A stretch of 64,000 nucleotides of DNA from the human T2T-CHM13v2.0 reference genome, Homo sapiens. Made by a program: the position numbers and the translations under genes. Of this stretch, positions 48,999 through 64,000 are shown piece after piece. The notes under the pieces were generated by a model. That model was not told the origin of the DNA and made no database searches. It saw only the letters and a list, made by a program, of their open reading frames with translations. The stretch lies in assembly GCF_009914755.1 (NCBI RefSeq), contig NC_060934.1. One strand, 5' to 3'. How positions within the stretch are numbered: the stretch's first letter is position 1; the number at the start of each line of letters is the position of its first letter.

Positions 48999-49310
48999 GG
49001 CTGGGTGAGGTAGCTCACACCTGAAATCCCAGCACTTTGGGAGGCTGAGGCAGGCGGATCACGAGGTCAGGAGTTCGAGACCAGCCTGACCAACATGGTG
49101 AAACCCCATCTCTACTAAAAAAAAAAATACAAAAATTAGCCAGGCGTGGTGGCACATGCCTGTAATCCCAGCTACTCAGGAGGCTGAGGCAGAAGAATTG
49201 CTTGAATCCAGGAGGCAGAGGTTGCAGTGAGCTGAGATGGCACTACTGCACTCCAGCCTGGGTGACAGAGCGAGACTCCATCTCAAAAAACAAAACAAAC
49301 AAACAAAAAA
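48999..49310 (+). mobile_element. Alu (AluSg-like)
   Basis: Alu consensus; flanking direct repeat aaaaa(t/c)atgaccta. Confidence 0.93.
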
Positions 49311-50069
49311 CATGACCTATCTCTCAACGATCAGTTTTCAACATTTACAGAAATTATCCCCCAAAACCTAGCACAGTGTATAGCAACTGTTAGGTGCTCA
49401 AAAGAAGTATTTGCTCATTGATTTGAATGACTGCCTGCAAGAGCAAGCCATCCAATGACAATGTAGGCTTAAATATTCATCTTTTGTCTTACCATATTTT
49501 ATGATAAACAGTCTGATGGGAATAACCTTTTCATTATTCTCACAAGACAAGGCTTTCAATCACCCACAGACTGGAATGATACAAAAATACAGTGATTTTT
49601 CTCTGGCCACCAGCTCAAAGAATAAGGAGGACCTGAGAGAGAGAGAGAGAATATTCCATTTGTGGAATATTCAAGATTAGTCAATGGTCCAGGCTTGAGA
49701 TATCCTCATACCACTCCACTGGCATATGAGTGACCACACACACTGCAAGAGATTAGACTTAGGTCCCTGGGGGTCACCATTCACATGTGATGAACTTCAA
49801 GGTGGGGACATGTCGCATGAAGGGACACAGACAGATGTCATTTGGATTCCAGTCTGTTGGGTTTACGCACTGCCAATTCTTCTTCATCCACAGAGGACAA
49901 ACAGACAGATGGATTCCCCCTCTAGAAAACTTTATTCCCCACATTAAACTGTCTAAAAGAATGACTTTTTAAGCCATGAATCTGACTGGCAATTCCTTTG
50001 TTCCCGGCCATCTATTGGTTTAACATTTATCAAGCAATTAAATAGACTAGAAAGGAAAGTAAGAAAATG

Positions 50070-50435
<366 letters not shown>

Positions 50436-51561
50436 CTACATGGAATAGTTGGCCTCTGAGGACAAATGAATTTCCTTCCTCCACTTCCCCTGCTTGAACT
50501 CGTCCACTCCAATCCCATGAGGGGATCACGATGCATGGCCTTGCGTAGCTCCAGTGGCTAATGGAGAGGCAGACTTTCCCAAACCTGGAGTCCTCGGATT
50601 CTCTGAAGGAAGGAGGTCAGCTGCCTCCACTTTAAAGGCTTGTAGAAGTCTCTCAATGAAGGCTGCTTATAAAGGCAGACTGAAGGGACATGTGACTTAT
50701 CCAAGACCCTGATGAAAACTGCCCACTATTTGGGCAAAAACTGAAAGATGGATTAAAAAGCAAACTGGAAACCATAATTCTGGGGCCACCACTTTTGGCT
50801 GGAGCACTTGTTACAATGTTGTTTTCTGCTCATCTCTAAGTCACACTTCCTGTACTCTACAGGGTCAAGAATTCCACACTGCTAAAGGCTTTTGCTTTCC
50901 TATTTAACCTTTTACAGTCCTGACATCAAGTGCCTCCCTCAAACCTTTTATGTTTCTTTTGCATTAGGATGGAATGGGACGCAAAGTCATAAAGAAGCAT
51001 TTCCTTAATACAGTTTAACTAAGAGATGCCTTATAGCTTGGTTTTCATGATTCTCATTGATTTTTCATTTGAGAATGCACTTCATTGCCTTTGTCAATAA
51101 TAATGCAAAAAAAAAAAAAAAAAAAAGCATCCCAGCAGCCACTCAGAGTATTTTTGTTATTATGTGACTGATAACTATCTTTAAAGCTGAGCAAGATAAC
51201 GCTCATTTGGTTTATGGTTGCAGTAGGTCAAACTGTCAGGTCAGTAATAAATATGCAATTGCTTCCAGGCAATAGAAATTGGACGCATTCATTTAAGATA
51301 TTGCTTTTAGCTTCTACATATAAAACAAATAGATTTTTGGTTCAAGTGTTGGCACCTTCAATAGAGATGGCCTCAGGGAGAGCTTTGTTTATAGTTACTG
51401 GTGGGTGGAGGTGTGTGATAAGTCTATCTGAATCCGTCACTTTCCAGACCCAGGGGGAGAATGACACTGCCCAGCTTCTAGATGTTTTTATTGTAGACAG
51501 GCAATTTCATATGGAATGAGTTTCTACAGAAATCCAAAGCAAGAGATGAAGTTCTTATATG

Positions 51562-51877
<316 letters not shown>

Positions 51878-52001
51878 AAGTGTATGAAATGCTTATAGAT
51901 GTTGCTGGATGGAGGGGAGGAGAGGAGCTCTTCAAATGGAAGAATGTTGATATATTTAGTATCCTTGTCTTATAGTATGTGTGTTCATCAAGGACAGACC
52001 A

Positions 52002-52268
52002 GGCACTTTGGGAGGTCAAGGTGCGCTGATTACCTGAAGCCAGGAGTTCGAGACCAGCCTGGCTAACATGGTGAAACCCCGTCTCTACTAAAAATACAAA
52101 AAATTAGCTGGGTGTGGTGGCGGATGCCTGTAATCTCAGCTACTTAGGAGGCTGAGGCATGAGAATCACTTGAACCTGGGAGACAGAGTTTGCAGTGAGC
52201 CGAGATGGCACCACTGCACCCCAGCCTGGGTGACACAACAAGATTCCATCTCAAAAAAAAAAAAAAAA
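52002..52268 (+). mobile_element. 5'-truncated Alu
   Basis: Alu consensus; flanking direct repeat ggacagaccag. Confidence 0.93.
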
Positions 52269-52441
52269 GGGACAGACCAGTGATACTGATTTCACTATAA
52301 ACCTTTAATAATACAGGAAGGTTAAAGTAGGGTATATACTGGGGAAACCAGATTACTAAATCATGGGCTCTCCAGCCCAGGATAAATTGTTGTCTCCACT
52401 ATGTTTTAGTAAGCCTATTCCAAATTTTCTTTTTAAAAATG

Positions 52442-52742
52442 TTTTATTTTTTAGAGACAGAGTCTCTTTCTGTTGCCCAGGCTGGAGTGCAATGGTGCAG
52501 TCATAGCTCGCTGCAGCCTTGAACCCCTGGGCTCAAGTGATCTTCCCATCTCAGACTCCTGAATAGCTGGGACTACAGGTGCACACCACCACTCCTGGCT
52601 AATTAAACAAATTTTTTTTTTTGTAAAGTAGAGGTTTTGCTGTGATGCCCAGGTTGGCCTCAAACTTCTGGCCTCAAGCAATCTTCCCACCTCAGCCTCC
52701 CAAAGCACTGGGATGGCAGGCATGAGCTACCATACCCAGCCC
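52442..52742 (-). mobile_element. Alu (AluJ-like)
   Basis: Reverse Alu; flanking direct repeat aattttctttt. Confidence 0.91.
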
Positions 52743-53626
52743 CCAATTTTCTTTTTTAGCAGCTTCTACACCACGTTTTGTGAATCACTTCCTAATCTAC
52801 AAACACAAGCTCAACAAGGAGTCAAGGGCCAGTGCTTTCTGGATCTCCAGTGGTTAAGAGCAGATGCTAAATAAATATTTGTTAAGAGAATGAATACAGC
52901 AGCTTCACAATATGCCCCACAGATCCATATTCTTGTAGGTTCAGGGACTGCTGTGTAGACACAGCTCCCATCCTAAGCAAACAGTCTCCATATTAAGAAT
53001 TCACTCCGCTCACCTGTGCCAGGTTCCCAGCTCCCTCCGGTCATTTGCATTGGGAAGGAAAGGAGGGAGAAAGCCGCATCCCTAAGCTTTCCTTGGAGGG
53101 CACCGTTCTTTTTGTTTATCTTAGCTGCACACAGAAAGAGCTATGCTCAAGCACTTCTCTGGTCACTAAATATAAGGTACTGTTGTATGTTTGCCGTTGT
53201 TTCCGACAACACAGCATGGGTCGTCTGAGAGGTGGTAATGAACACCGAATGCCGCGTTCCCAGAAGCAGTTATTACAAGCCAGGCACGGAGGCTGCAGCC
53301 ACTGACTTTCTCCTCTCTCACTGTCCAGCAGATAATACGTGGAAATCCCAAACCTATTTCCAAATAAATTGCTTTCCCAGAGCTGTGTCTTGTGGTTGTT
53401 TCTTCTGCCACTGGAAAATTGCTTTTCTATTTTGTTTATTTTTAAATTGTAGATAAGCTTGTGGCCAGGAATGCTGAATGACTGAACCCTTTTCAGAGGC
53501 CCCAGCTGATGCCAGTCACAGTTGAAACAAACGCGAGGACCTGAGGACAGCACAGATCCAAGCTCGCTCCCGTGCACCAGCCTTCCTGGCAGTGGTTCTA
53601 AAGATGCATCTTCAATGAGTCAGGAC

Positions 53627-53962
53627 TTTTTCTTTCTTTCTTTCTTTCTTTATTTCTTTTTTTTGTTGAGACGGAGTCTCGCTCTGTCGCCAGGCTGGAG
53701 TTCAGTGGCATGATCTTGGCTCACAGCAATCTCCCGCCTCCCGGGTTCAAGCAATTCTCCTGCCTCAGCCTCCCAACTAGTTGGGATTACAGGTGGCTGC
53801 CACCACACCCAGCTAATTCTTTTTTTTTTTTTTTTTGTATTTTTAGTAGAGATGGGGTTTCACCATGTTGGCCAGGATGGTCTTGATCTCTTGACCTTGT
53901 GATCTGCCTACCTCGGCCTCCCAAAGTGTTAGGATTACAGGTGTGAACCACCGTGCTCAGCC
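53627..53962 (-). mobile_element. Alu (AluSc-like)
   Basis: Reverse Alu consensus. Confidence 0.93.
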
Positions 53963-54236
53963 AGGCCATTTTAACCTTAATAGTTTGGGTAAATCAGACT
54001 CCCCAGACAGCACCAATCAGGCAATTCAATTAATTAGGATACAGTCTGCTGAAAGAAAAGATCCTTAATTGTTTACTGTCTAGGTTCTTAAACTAACATC
54101 CTGGCCGCAGGGTGTCTGTGAGTGTTGTAAAATGTAAGCAAAAATTTATTTTGTATGTAAACTTTTATGAAGGAAAGGGAATATAACTTCAAATCTCAAA
54201 GGCGGTGTGATGAAATCAGAGGTTAAAAGCTACTCG

Positions 54237-54431
<195 letters not shown>

Positions 54432-54799
54432 TGAAAATAAATTCTAACTATACTTGTCTTTTAAATTTGGAGTAATGGCTAACCAAGTTTCTTTTCTTTC
54501 TTCCTCATATTTCTAAACACTTTTAAAAGGCTTTTTTTTTCTTAAAAAAAAACCCCCAAAAAATCAATCACAAAAGATACTTATTTACAGCATTTAACAA
54601 GCAATTCTTAAAATTTATGACAGGAGATTCAAATTAAAATTTAAATAGATTATGACAATCATTAATTCAACTTGGGTGTGTTTGACTGTTTCTGCTGAAT
54701 AGCTTAAAAGTTGGTTAGTTATAGGCTATAGCTTCTGATAACGGGATCTTCCATTCCCACCCCACCCCCTGGCTCACAAGCTACTTCTTGATTTTAATT

Positions 54800-55393
54800 A
54801 GTTTTGTTGTTGAGACGAGGTCTCACTCTGTCACCAGGGCTGGAGTGCAGTGGTGCAATAATAGCTCACTGCAGTCTTGAACTCCTGGGCTCAAGTGATC
54901 CTCCTGCCTCAGCCTCCTGAGTAGTTGGGACTACAACTGCGCACCACCATGCCTGGCTAATTTTTAATTTTTTTTTTTTTGAGACAGATTCTAACTCTGT
55001 CACCCAGGCTGGAGTGCGTGGCGTGATCTTGGCTCACTGCAACCTCCACCTCCTGGGTTCAAGCAATGCTCGTGTGTCAGCCTCCTAAGTAGCTGGAATT
55101 ACAAGCATGTACTACCACACCCATTTAATTTCTGTATTTTTAGTGGAGACGGGGTTTTGCCATGTTGCCAGGGTGATCTCGAACTCCTGACCTCAAGTTA
55201 TCTGCCCACCTCAGCCTCCCAAAGTGTTGGTATTACAGGTGTGAGCCACAATTTTTTTTTGTTTGTTTTGTGGTAGAGATGGGGGTCTTGCTATTGCCCA
55301 GGCTCGTCTTGAACTCCTCCTGGCTTCAAGGGATCCTCCCACTTTGGACTCCCAAATTGCTGAAATTATAGGCATGAGCCACTGCACTCAGCC
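54800..55393 (-). mobile_element. Nested Alus: a younger Alu (about 54965-55250) inserted in the linker of an AluJ
   Basis: Right arm, then a complete Alu, then left arm, all reverse. Confidence 0.9.
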
Positions 55394-55736
55394 CACAATT
55401 AAGAAAAAAATGAAATTTGAGTCTTAAAACAGCAATAGAAATATTTCAAAAAAAAATGTAAAAATGAGTTTCTCTAAGGGATGGATGCCAGTGTTTGATA
55501 AATGAAAATCTCAGTTACCCTATTTGTACACCTGGAAACATTAAACCTGAACTTCCAAGCTTGTTCTCCTACTGTTAGGAATGGAAGCTAGAAGGGAGAT
55601 GGTCTGTAACTTTACAGGCCCCTGGGATGAGTCGTTGCTAGACCCCAACATTCAACGCTGAAGTAGAATCAGCTTTTCTTCTTTGCTCTGGAGGGAGAGA
55701 GCACAGGAAATACTGCAACATGCCCGCTGTCTAGAA

Positions 55737-56210
<474 letters not shown>

Positions 56211-56414
56211 AATAATTATTTTAACATTGGATTTATAACTGGCTCTTGGTTAGTTTCAGGATGTATTAAAGGCTGCCAAAATGTCTTTGTTTGCATGTAT
56301 CACCACGATTCAGATAATTTATATAGATGACCACCTGTATCTCTTTTTCTGAGGACAGAGTTAGTAAAAATAAAAGGAGGCCAGATGCAAACGAATCCTG
56401 TACAGAAGAGAGCA

Positions 56415-56620
56415 CTCGTAAAAAATTGGGGAAATCTGAATCAAGTCTGTAGTTTAGTTAGTAATATAATGCCAATGTTCATTTCTTAGTTTTGATGAAA
56501 GTCACGTCGTTTGCAAGATGTTGACATTTGTTGAAGTTGGGTGAAGGGTATAAAGGAACTCTAATATGTTTGCAATTCTTCTTTAAGTCTATTTCAAAAC
56601 TAAAGTTAAAAGATTAAAAA
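56415..56620 (+). mobile_element. Old L1 (L1MC/ME) 3' UTR fragment
   Basis: ggggaaatctgaat..gtagtttagtta..caatgttcatttcttagttttga..gggtgaagggtata..gaactct. Confidence 0.65.
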
Positions 56621-56903
56621 AAGAAAGCAGACTTAGCATTAATGCTGCAAAACTGTTGATTGCTAACAAATTAAACATTCTTGGGCATAAGTTCTTACAC
56701 TGTGACTTAGATGCTTTATTAATGAATACAACTTATGGAGTGAGAGAAGCTTAGAGAAATTTCCAATTTCCTGTCTACATTCTGCTTTATATATATTTTC
56801 TCCAGTTTCATCTAGATCCCACAAAATGTCAACAGCAGTTAATTCTGAAAGAGTCTCTGACAATATATGACCTAGAGTCACACGTTCTATTATTTAGAAA
56901 TTC

Positions 56904-57321
<418 letters not shown>

Positions 57322-58867
57322 TAGGAAATAGACAAATACATGTGATACACCACAGGCTGTCATAAAGAATGGAACTACGATTGCATTTTACTGTAAAACA
57401 CACAGTGTAGCACCTGTATAAAGCACAGACACACACATGCTCACAATACACATGCAGAATTAGAAAACACGGTTATAAAACAATTTTGCTGTAGTGTCCC
57501 GTGATACAGAGCAAGGCCAGGGGATGTAGTACTGTAAGGCTAGCGCTTACTACCTAGGAATCACCAAGCCAGAGCAGGTGAACACCCAAGGGCACTATTT
57601 TGCAGGGGCAGCTTTTGTTCTTCTTTCCTACCAGGAAAAGGAGAAAAGTTCAGATGAACAAAGAGGCACTCCCAATGTCTGTTGGCCCTGGCATTGTACC
57701 GCCAGGACTGACAGCCCTTGAGTCACGGCCTCACCACTGCCCAGCCTTGCAGGAGCCAGCTCTTCACCTCCTCTGGGCTCCTGACACCTGCCCTTTCCCC
57801 TGGTGCACCAGGCACATCTGCTAGTTCTTTTTCAGAAATCTTTTGCCAGCTCCAGTGGTTTTCTAGTGACCTCCAGCTGGCTGGCCGCCACTCCTTCTGT
57901 GGCTGGAGAGACCCTCCCACCTAGACTCTGGGGCAGGTGATGGAAATGGCTGCACTTTCTCTGGATCATGCCAGAAGGATGGCTCACTCCTCTTCATCAC
58001 TGCCCCCCACAGAGCCTCCACATAGCCAGCTCCACTACTAGAGGGGGCAAGACACTTTTATCCAGCCTGGCTTCTACGCACGCACACACGCACGCACACA
58101 CGCATGCACGCACATGCTTTCCTGGTCAGCACAGAGAGCCAGGAGAACTCAGACATGGAGTGTACCAGCTTAGCTGGATGGGGAAGCTGAACTTGGGTGT
58201 GTGCACCCCCTGCTGTGACGTGTGGTTTTGGTGCTCTCAACCCTCCTGGGAGAAGAGTGACTTTCTACCTAGGTCCGATTCCTGCCAGTCAGTGCTGTTA
58301 GGGCAGTGATCTGAAATGTTCTGCAGACTCACATCATCTTCCCCTTCAGCCCAGGATCACACGTTCGTTTTTCAATTCTTGTTTATTCAAAAGGGAAGCC
58401 TAATCAGGCCTCCTCTAGAGTTCACGGGATCTTTTAGTAAACTTACGTGGGAAATGTGAACAATGGGGCTATGATTAATTGAAACTTAGGGTTTCCTTCT
58501 GATTAGTGAAAATAGTCTCAACAGCAATTTAAGTGGTTTACAGTGATTCTCAGGAGAAAGGGGAGAGAATAATCTACATTTGTAAAAGTAATTGTTCTAC
58601 ATGTGCATTTGTTTAAAAGCTTTTAAAAAAAATTGCAGTGCTGGGTCCTTCCCCGCACAGCCCTGAACCTTTCCCAGCTGGGCTTACTTGGCCCTGCCTG
58701 CAATTCCTCCTGCCCACCGACGGCCACTCCCACCTGCATTCCAGTTCCCTGCAGGCTCCAGGACGAGGGGCCCACCTTGCTCCTCCCAGCTTTCTTGAGG
58801 AAGATGTGGCTTTGCTCCTGCTGCCTGCTCTCTGAACACACCACAGCCTGAAATGTCCCTGATTTAC

Positions 58868-58964
58868 AGGGTGACCAGATGGTCCGGTTTGCCCAAGACA
58901 GTCCCAACGACACCCCCTTTTGTTCAGTGTCTCAATTTGGATAATAAGTCATAAGACCACCCCT
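58868..58964. mobile_element. hAT-Blackjack MITE (MER94/MER81-like)
   Basis: agggtgaccagat..ccggtttgccc..gacagtccc...tttggataataag..accaccc. Confidence 0.6.
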
Positions 58965-59919
58965 TCCACTTGCATCTCACCAAGGCCAAGTGTAGCCATG
59001 TGCAGGGACACCTGGTTGCCTCTCTCACTGGCCCATGTGGATGCCCACCTGTTCTTGCTTCAGTGGCACCACCTGATTCCCAGGGCCTCGGCTCCCCTGT
59101 ACTGTCTTGCCTGGCCACTAACCTAACACTGATCTATTAGTAGTTTAGGAAATCATCTCTGTATTTCTGAAGATCTGGAAGACAGAGAGAGAGAGAGAGA
59201 GTCTGTGTGTGTGTTTGTGACTGTACGTGTGTGCACAGAGGAAAGAGAATTATGAACTATTTTCTTAGAATAGCTCATTTTTATCTAGAAATCTATACAG
59301 GTATTCAGTATACTCTTTTGATAACAGTACCTTAAAAAGAAAATGGAAATTTTAGTAAAGATTTTCCTTACTTGTATTACACAACACCACTTTATAGAGC
59401 CAAACTGAAAAGACCCTTGAAAGCAAATATTCTTCTCATCAGATCAGTGATCTGAATTTTTTATTTTCATAGTCGCTTTATTTCAGTTTAGACACTGAAA
59501 CTGCACAGGTTATTTTCATTTTGAATTTATCATCAAATTCACTTCCTGTTATTGTTATCCCAACAGTAGAGAGAAATGTTTCATTTCCAGAAGTTTTCAT
59601 TTAACTTAAATAGAAAACAAACTCACATAGATCCACTTAAAAAAAAATAAACATTTCAGTCTGAACACAAACCTGCTTGATTATTAGAACTAGTTTACCT
59701 AATAATTTTATAATATTAGTATCACCCTAATTATATCCTTTGGCTGTACCAGGCATGACCACAAGGCCTTTGAAATTCAGATGATGAACTTGGACTGACC
59801 CCAGACCATGGGACCCAAGTGGTCTGCAGCTGATTTCGCTGCTAACAGCTGGAGTGGAGCAGTTTCGGGTTCTGCACTGACTCTCCCTTCGGGCTGTGAG
59901 GGCTCAAGGCAGTACTTAC

Positions 59920-60014
59920 GTTTCATCTGTGAATGCTATTCCAAAGTACTCCTTTTCCTTCAGATTGAAGTGAGAAGCCACAAGGTCAAGAAGCTCCTTG
60001 GCCAACAGCTTGGG
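59920..60014 (-). CDS. FRMD4A: FRMD4A coding exon (probably exon 4), 95 nt, PKLLAKELLDLVASHFNLKEKEYFGIAFTDE+AC
   Basis: Minus strand: cttccattgtattcttcttgcag|CCCAAG...GATGAAAC|gtaagt; phase 0 to 2. Confidence 0.97.
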
Positions 60015-60214
60015 CTGCAAGAAGAATACAATGGAAGAAGGGTAAGTGATGAGAGACTGCTTTTCCTAAAATATGCAATCTCAGGTTTCCATAATTTTTT
60101 CAATGAAATGTCACAAAGCTCAAGTATTTTGAAGCAAATGATTTTTATAAACCCAAACAAATAGACAATGACACTGATGAGCACACAGCCAAGTCAAGGG
60201 TCATCAACAGATAG

Positions 60215-60785
<571 letters not shown>

Positions 60786-60930
60786 TTACTACTGAAGTGA
60801 CCACAGAACACCAGGCACTGAAGTGGGGGAGGGAGGAAAGGCTGTCTGATGCGGAAACAGGGCCGGAAGAGAAGAGTTATTTCTAAACTAGCTTCCAGGT
60901 CATGCATTTGAAAATACATTGCCTCTATGA

Positions 60931-61285
<355 letters not shown>

Positions 61286-61318
61286 GACAGTTGGTTTCTT
61301 ATTTCACTTTTTGGGTAC

Positions 61319-61570
61319 TGCCATGGACTGAATTATATCTCCCCAAAATGCATGCGTTAAAGCTCTGACATCCAGTGGTATTTGGAAATGGGACCTTTGG
61401 GAGACAATTAGGTTTAAATGAGTTTATGAGGGTGGGGCCCCCAAGATGGGATTCGTGTCCTTATAAGAAGAGACACCAGAGAGCCTGCTTCCTCTCTCTG
61501 CCATGTGGGGCCAAAATGCAAAGGTGGCCCTCACCAGGAGCTAACCATGCTGGCACCCTGATATTGAAAT
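61319..61570 (+). mobile_element. MaLR LTR fragment (MLT1A/MST-like)
   Basis: tgccatggactgaat..ccccaaaat; gtccttataagaagagacac; accatgctggcaccctgat. Confidence 0.78.
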
Positions 61571-62268
61571 GACTGTTTAATACAACAGACATTTATTTAT
61601 TGAATGCCTACTATGTACAGGGCACTGCCCACATGCTGTAGGAGACAGAAAAATAAGCAAGGTGCAGCACAGGCCCATAGGGACCTTAGACTTTTAACAG
61701 GGACACGGAGTAAGAGCTAGCGCTGAGTTTAAAAAGCCAAAGAAGATGCTCCACCCTTTTCTGTCTCACTCCTGGGCTCCTGGGTGGCAGCCTCAGGGCC
61801 TAGATGACCATCAATTCACTGATGAAAACCACTTAAACTGAAAGAATGGGTTTGAAGCTTCCTCCCCAGCAGACAGGAATGGACAGGAGAACCCAACGTG
61901 ATAAATCAATACCACCTCATAGTCTATACTTCCATTCATACTGAATTTTGAAAAAGTGAAAAAGCAATCTCTATAACCAACAGGGAATTCAAGGTGATAC
62001 GTCAGACCCTCCCTCACTCCTGGTGGAACGTCTACTCTGCGAGAATGCAGTGGAGTAAACGTGGCACATCTCAGAAGGTCGCTGATGAATTACGAAGTAG
62101 AATACAAGATGGGTGCTCTTGAAGCTTCCGGTAAATGCTGTGTTTGCCATGGGCTGTGGCCAGCACTAGCTCCACCCCCAGGAAGTATTCGGCTGCCCAA
62201 TAACAAAGGCTTTGCTGGATCACTTGTGACTATGAGGTAGTGTGGCTGCTTTTTAAATTGCAAGGTAG

Positions 62269-62562
62269 TGGCCGGGCGCCATGGCTCACGCCTGTAATCC
62301 CAACACTTTGGGAGGCCGAGGTGGGCAGATTGCGTGAGGTCAGGAGTTTGAGACCAGCCTGGCCAACATGGCAAAACCTTGTCTCTACTAAAAATAAAAC
62401 AATTAGCCAGGCGTGGTGGCGTGTGCTTGTAATTCCAGCTACTCGGGAGGCTGAGGCAGAGCTCTTGAACCTGGGAGGTGGAGGTTGCAGTGAGTAGAGA
62501 TCACGTCACTGCACTCCAGCCTTGGCAACAGAGCGAGACTGTCTCAAAATAAAAATAAATAA
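62269..62562 (+). mobile_element. Alu (AluS-like)
   Basis: Alu consensus. Confidence 0.93.
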
Positions 62563-62573
62563 GTTGCAATATA

Positions 62574-63013
62574 CATATGCTCCTCGAATTATGATGGGGC
62601 TACATCGTGGTAAGCTCATTGGAAGTTGAAAATATTGTAAATCGAAAATACATTTAATACACCTTACCCACCAAACATCACAGCTTAGCCTAGCCTACCT
62701 TAAAGGTGCTCTAAACACTGCCACTGGCCTACAGTTGGGCAAAATCATCTAATGTCAAGCCTGTTTTATCATAGAGTGTTGAATGGCTCATGTACTTTAT
62801 TGAATTCAGTACACTGTAGACTATCAGTTGTTTACTCTTGTGACTGTATGGCTGAGCAGCGCTGCCAGAGCGTATTGTACCGCGTACTGCTAGCCTGGGA
62901 AAAGATCAACATTCAAAATTGGAAGTACAGTTTCTACTAAAAGTACATTGCTTTTGCACCAGTGTAAAGTAGAAAAATCATAAGTCAGACCATCATAGGT
63001 TAGGGACAGTCTG
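62574..63013 (+). mobile_element. Tigger-family DNA transposon (MER47/Tigger5-like)
   Basis: atgctcctcgaattatgatgggg start, agcttagcctagcctaccttaaa core, catcataggttagggacagtctg end. Confidence 0.78.
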
Positions 63014-63415
63014 TGATATAATTTACCTGTCCAAATGATTGCTACCGCTTTCAAAGTAGTCACTGTATTTCTCTGATGCTTGCTATTTCTTGAAACATTT
63101 TTGATAATCTTTTGGGTTTGCCCTTGAGGCTTGTGTCAGATTTGTCAACGCGTTTTCACTGGTGATAAATCTTCCTGTGCTCGAGAATGGATTTGATTTT
63201 TTTTTTCAAATGCCAAAAGTCACTTAAAGTCAAGTCTAGTGAACAGAGATAGAGGAGGAGGAATGGGTGATTATGCCTGGTCAACCCAGTTTCATAAAAT
63301 GAAGTGTGACTACAAAGTAATTACTGTGGGTTCTTGGGGATTATGGTGAGAGGTCTGGTCCAAACTTGAAAACAATAAAAATAAGATTTTGTTCTTTTTG
63401 AGATTTTAACTTTAA

Positions 63416-63825
<410 letters not shown>

Positions 63826-64000
63826 CTACATCTCAACAGATTTGATCAGAGATACATAAGTTTGCCCAGAAAGAGAAAGAATGATTCCCAGTGCTGGCAT
63901 AGTTTATCTAGAACATATGTTCATCACTCCATAGAATGATTGGGCCTGAATGGAAGGGGGTAAGTGGAGGCAGGGTGGGAGGTGCAGTTGGGGAAGGGAG

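Noticed and set aside
49649-49672. 10-bp-arm hairpin gaatattcca/tggaatattc (a similar one at about 12777)
   Set aside because: Short AT-rich palindromes are expected by chance in 64 kb

Overview
Primate, most likely human, genomic DNA. The whole window lies inside the minus-strand gene FRMD4A (FERM domain containing 4A). Five consecutive internal coding exons with canonical AG/GT boundaries splice in frame: 59920-60014, 45597-45689, 32014-32098, 11709-11765 and the 23-nt microexon 10732-10754. Together they give PKLLAKELLDLVASHFNLKEKEYFGIAFTDETGHLNWLQLDRRVLEHDFPKKSGPVVLYFCVRFYIESISYLKDNATIELFFLNAKSCIYKELIDVDSEVVFELASYILQEAKGDFS, part of the N-terminal FERM domain. Exon numbers 4-8 are from memory. 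The rest is intron with about 50 Alus, L1/HAL1/L2/MIR fragments, five LTR remnants, several DNA-transposon remnants and microsatellites. Repeat boundaries and subfamily names are by eye. Almost all ORFs in the supplied track are repeat-derived or spurious. I see no evidence of a novel protein-coding system. The most unusual structures are: (i) a degenerate, frame-preserved direct duplicate of the 85-nt exon and its donor about 1.7 kb away, plus an inverted copy that is complementary in the pre-mRNA to both the real exon and the duplicate; (ii) a non-Alu inverted repeat with 71-bp arms (67/71 identical) at 41124-41518; (iii) an Alu with a twin-priming-like internal inversion just upstream of the 95-nt exon.
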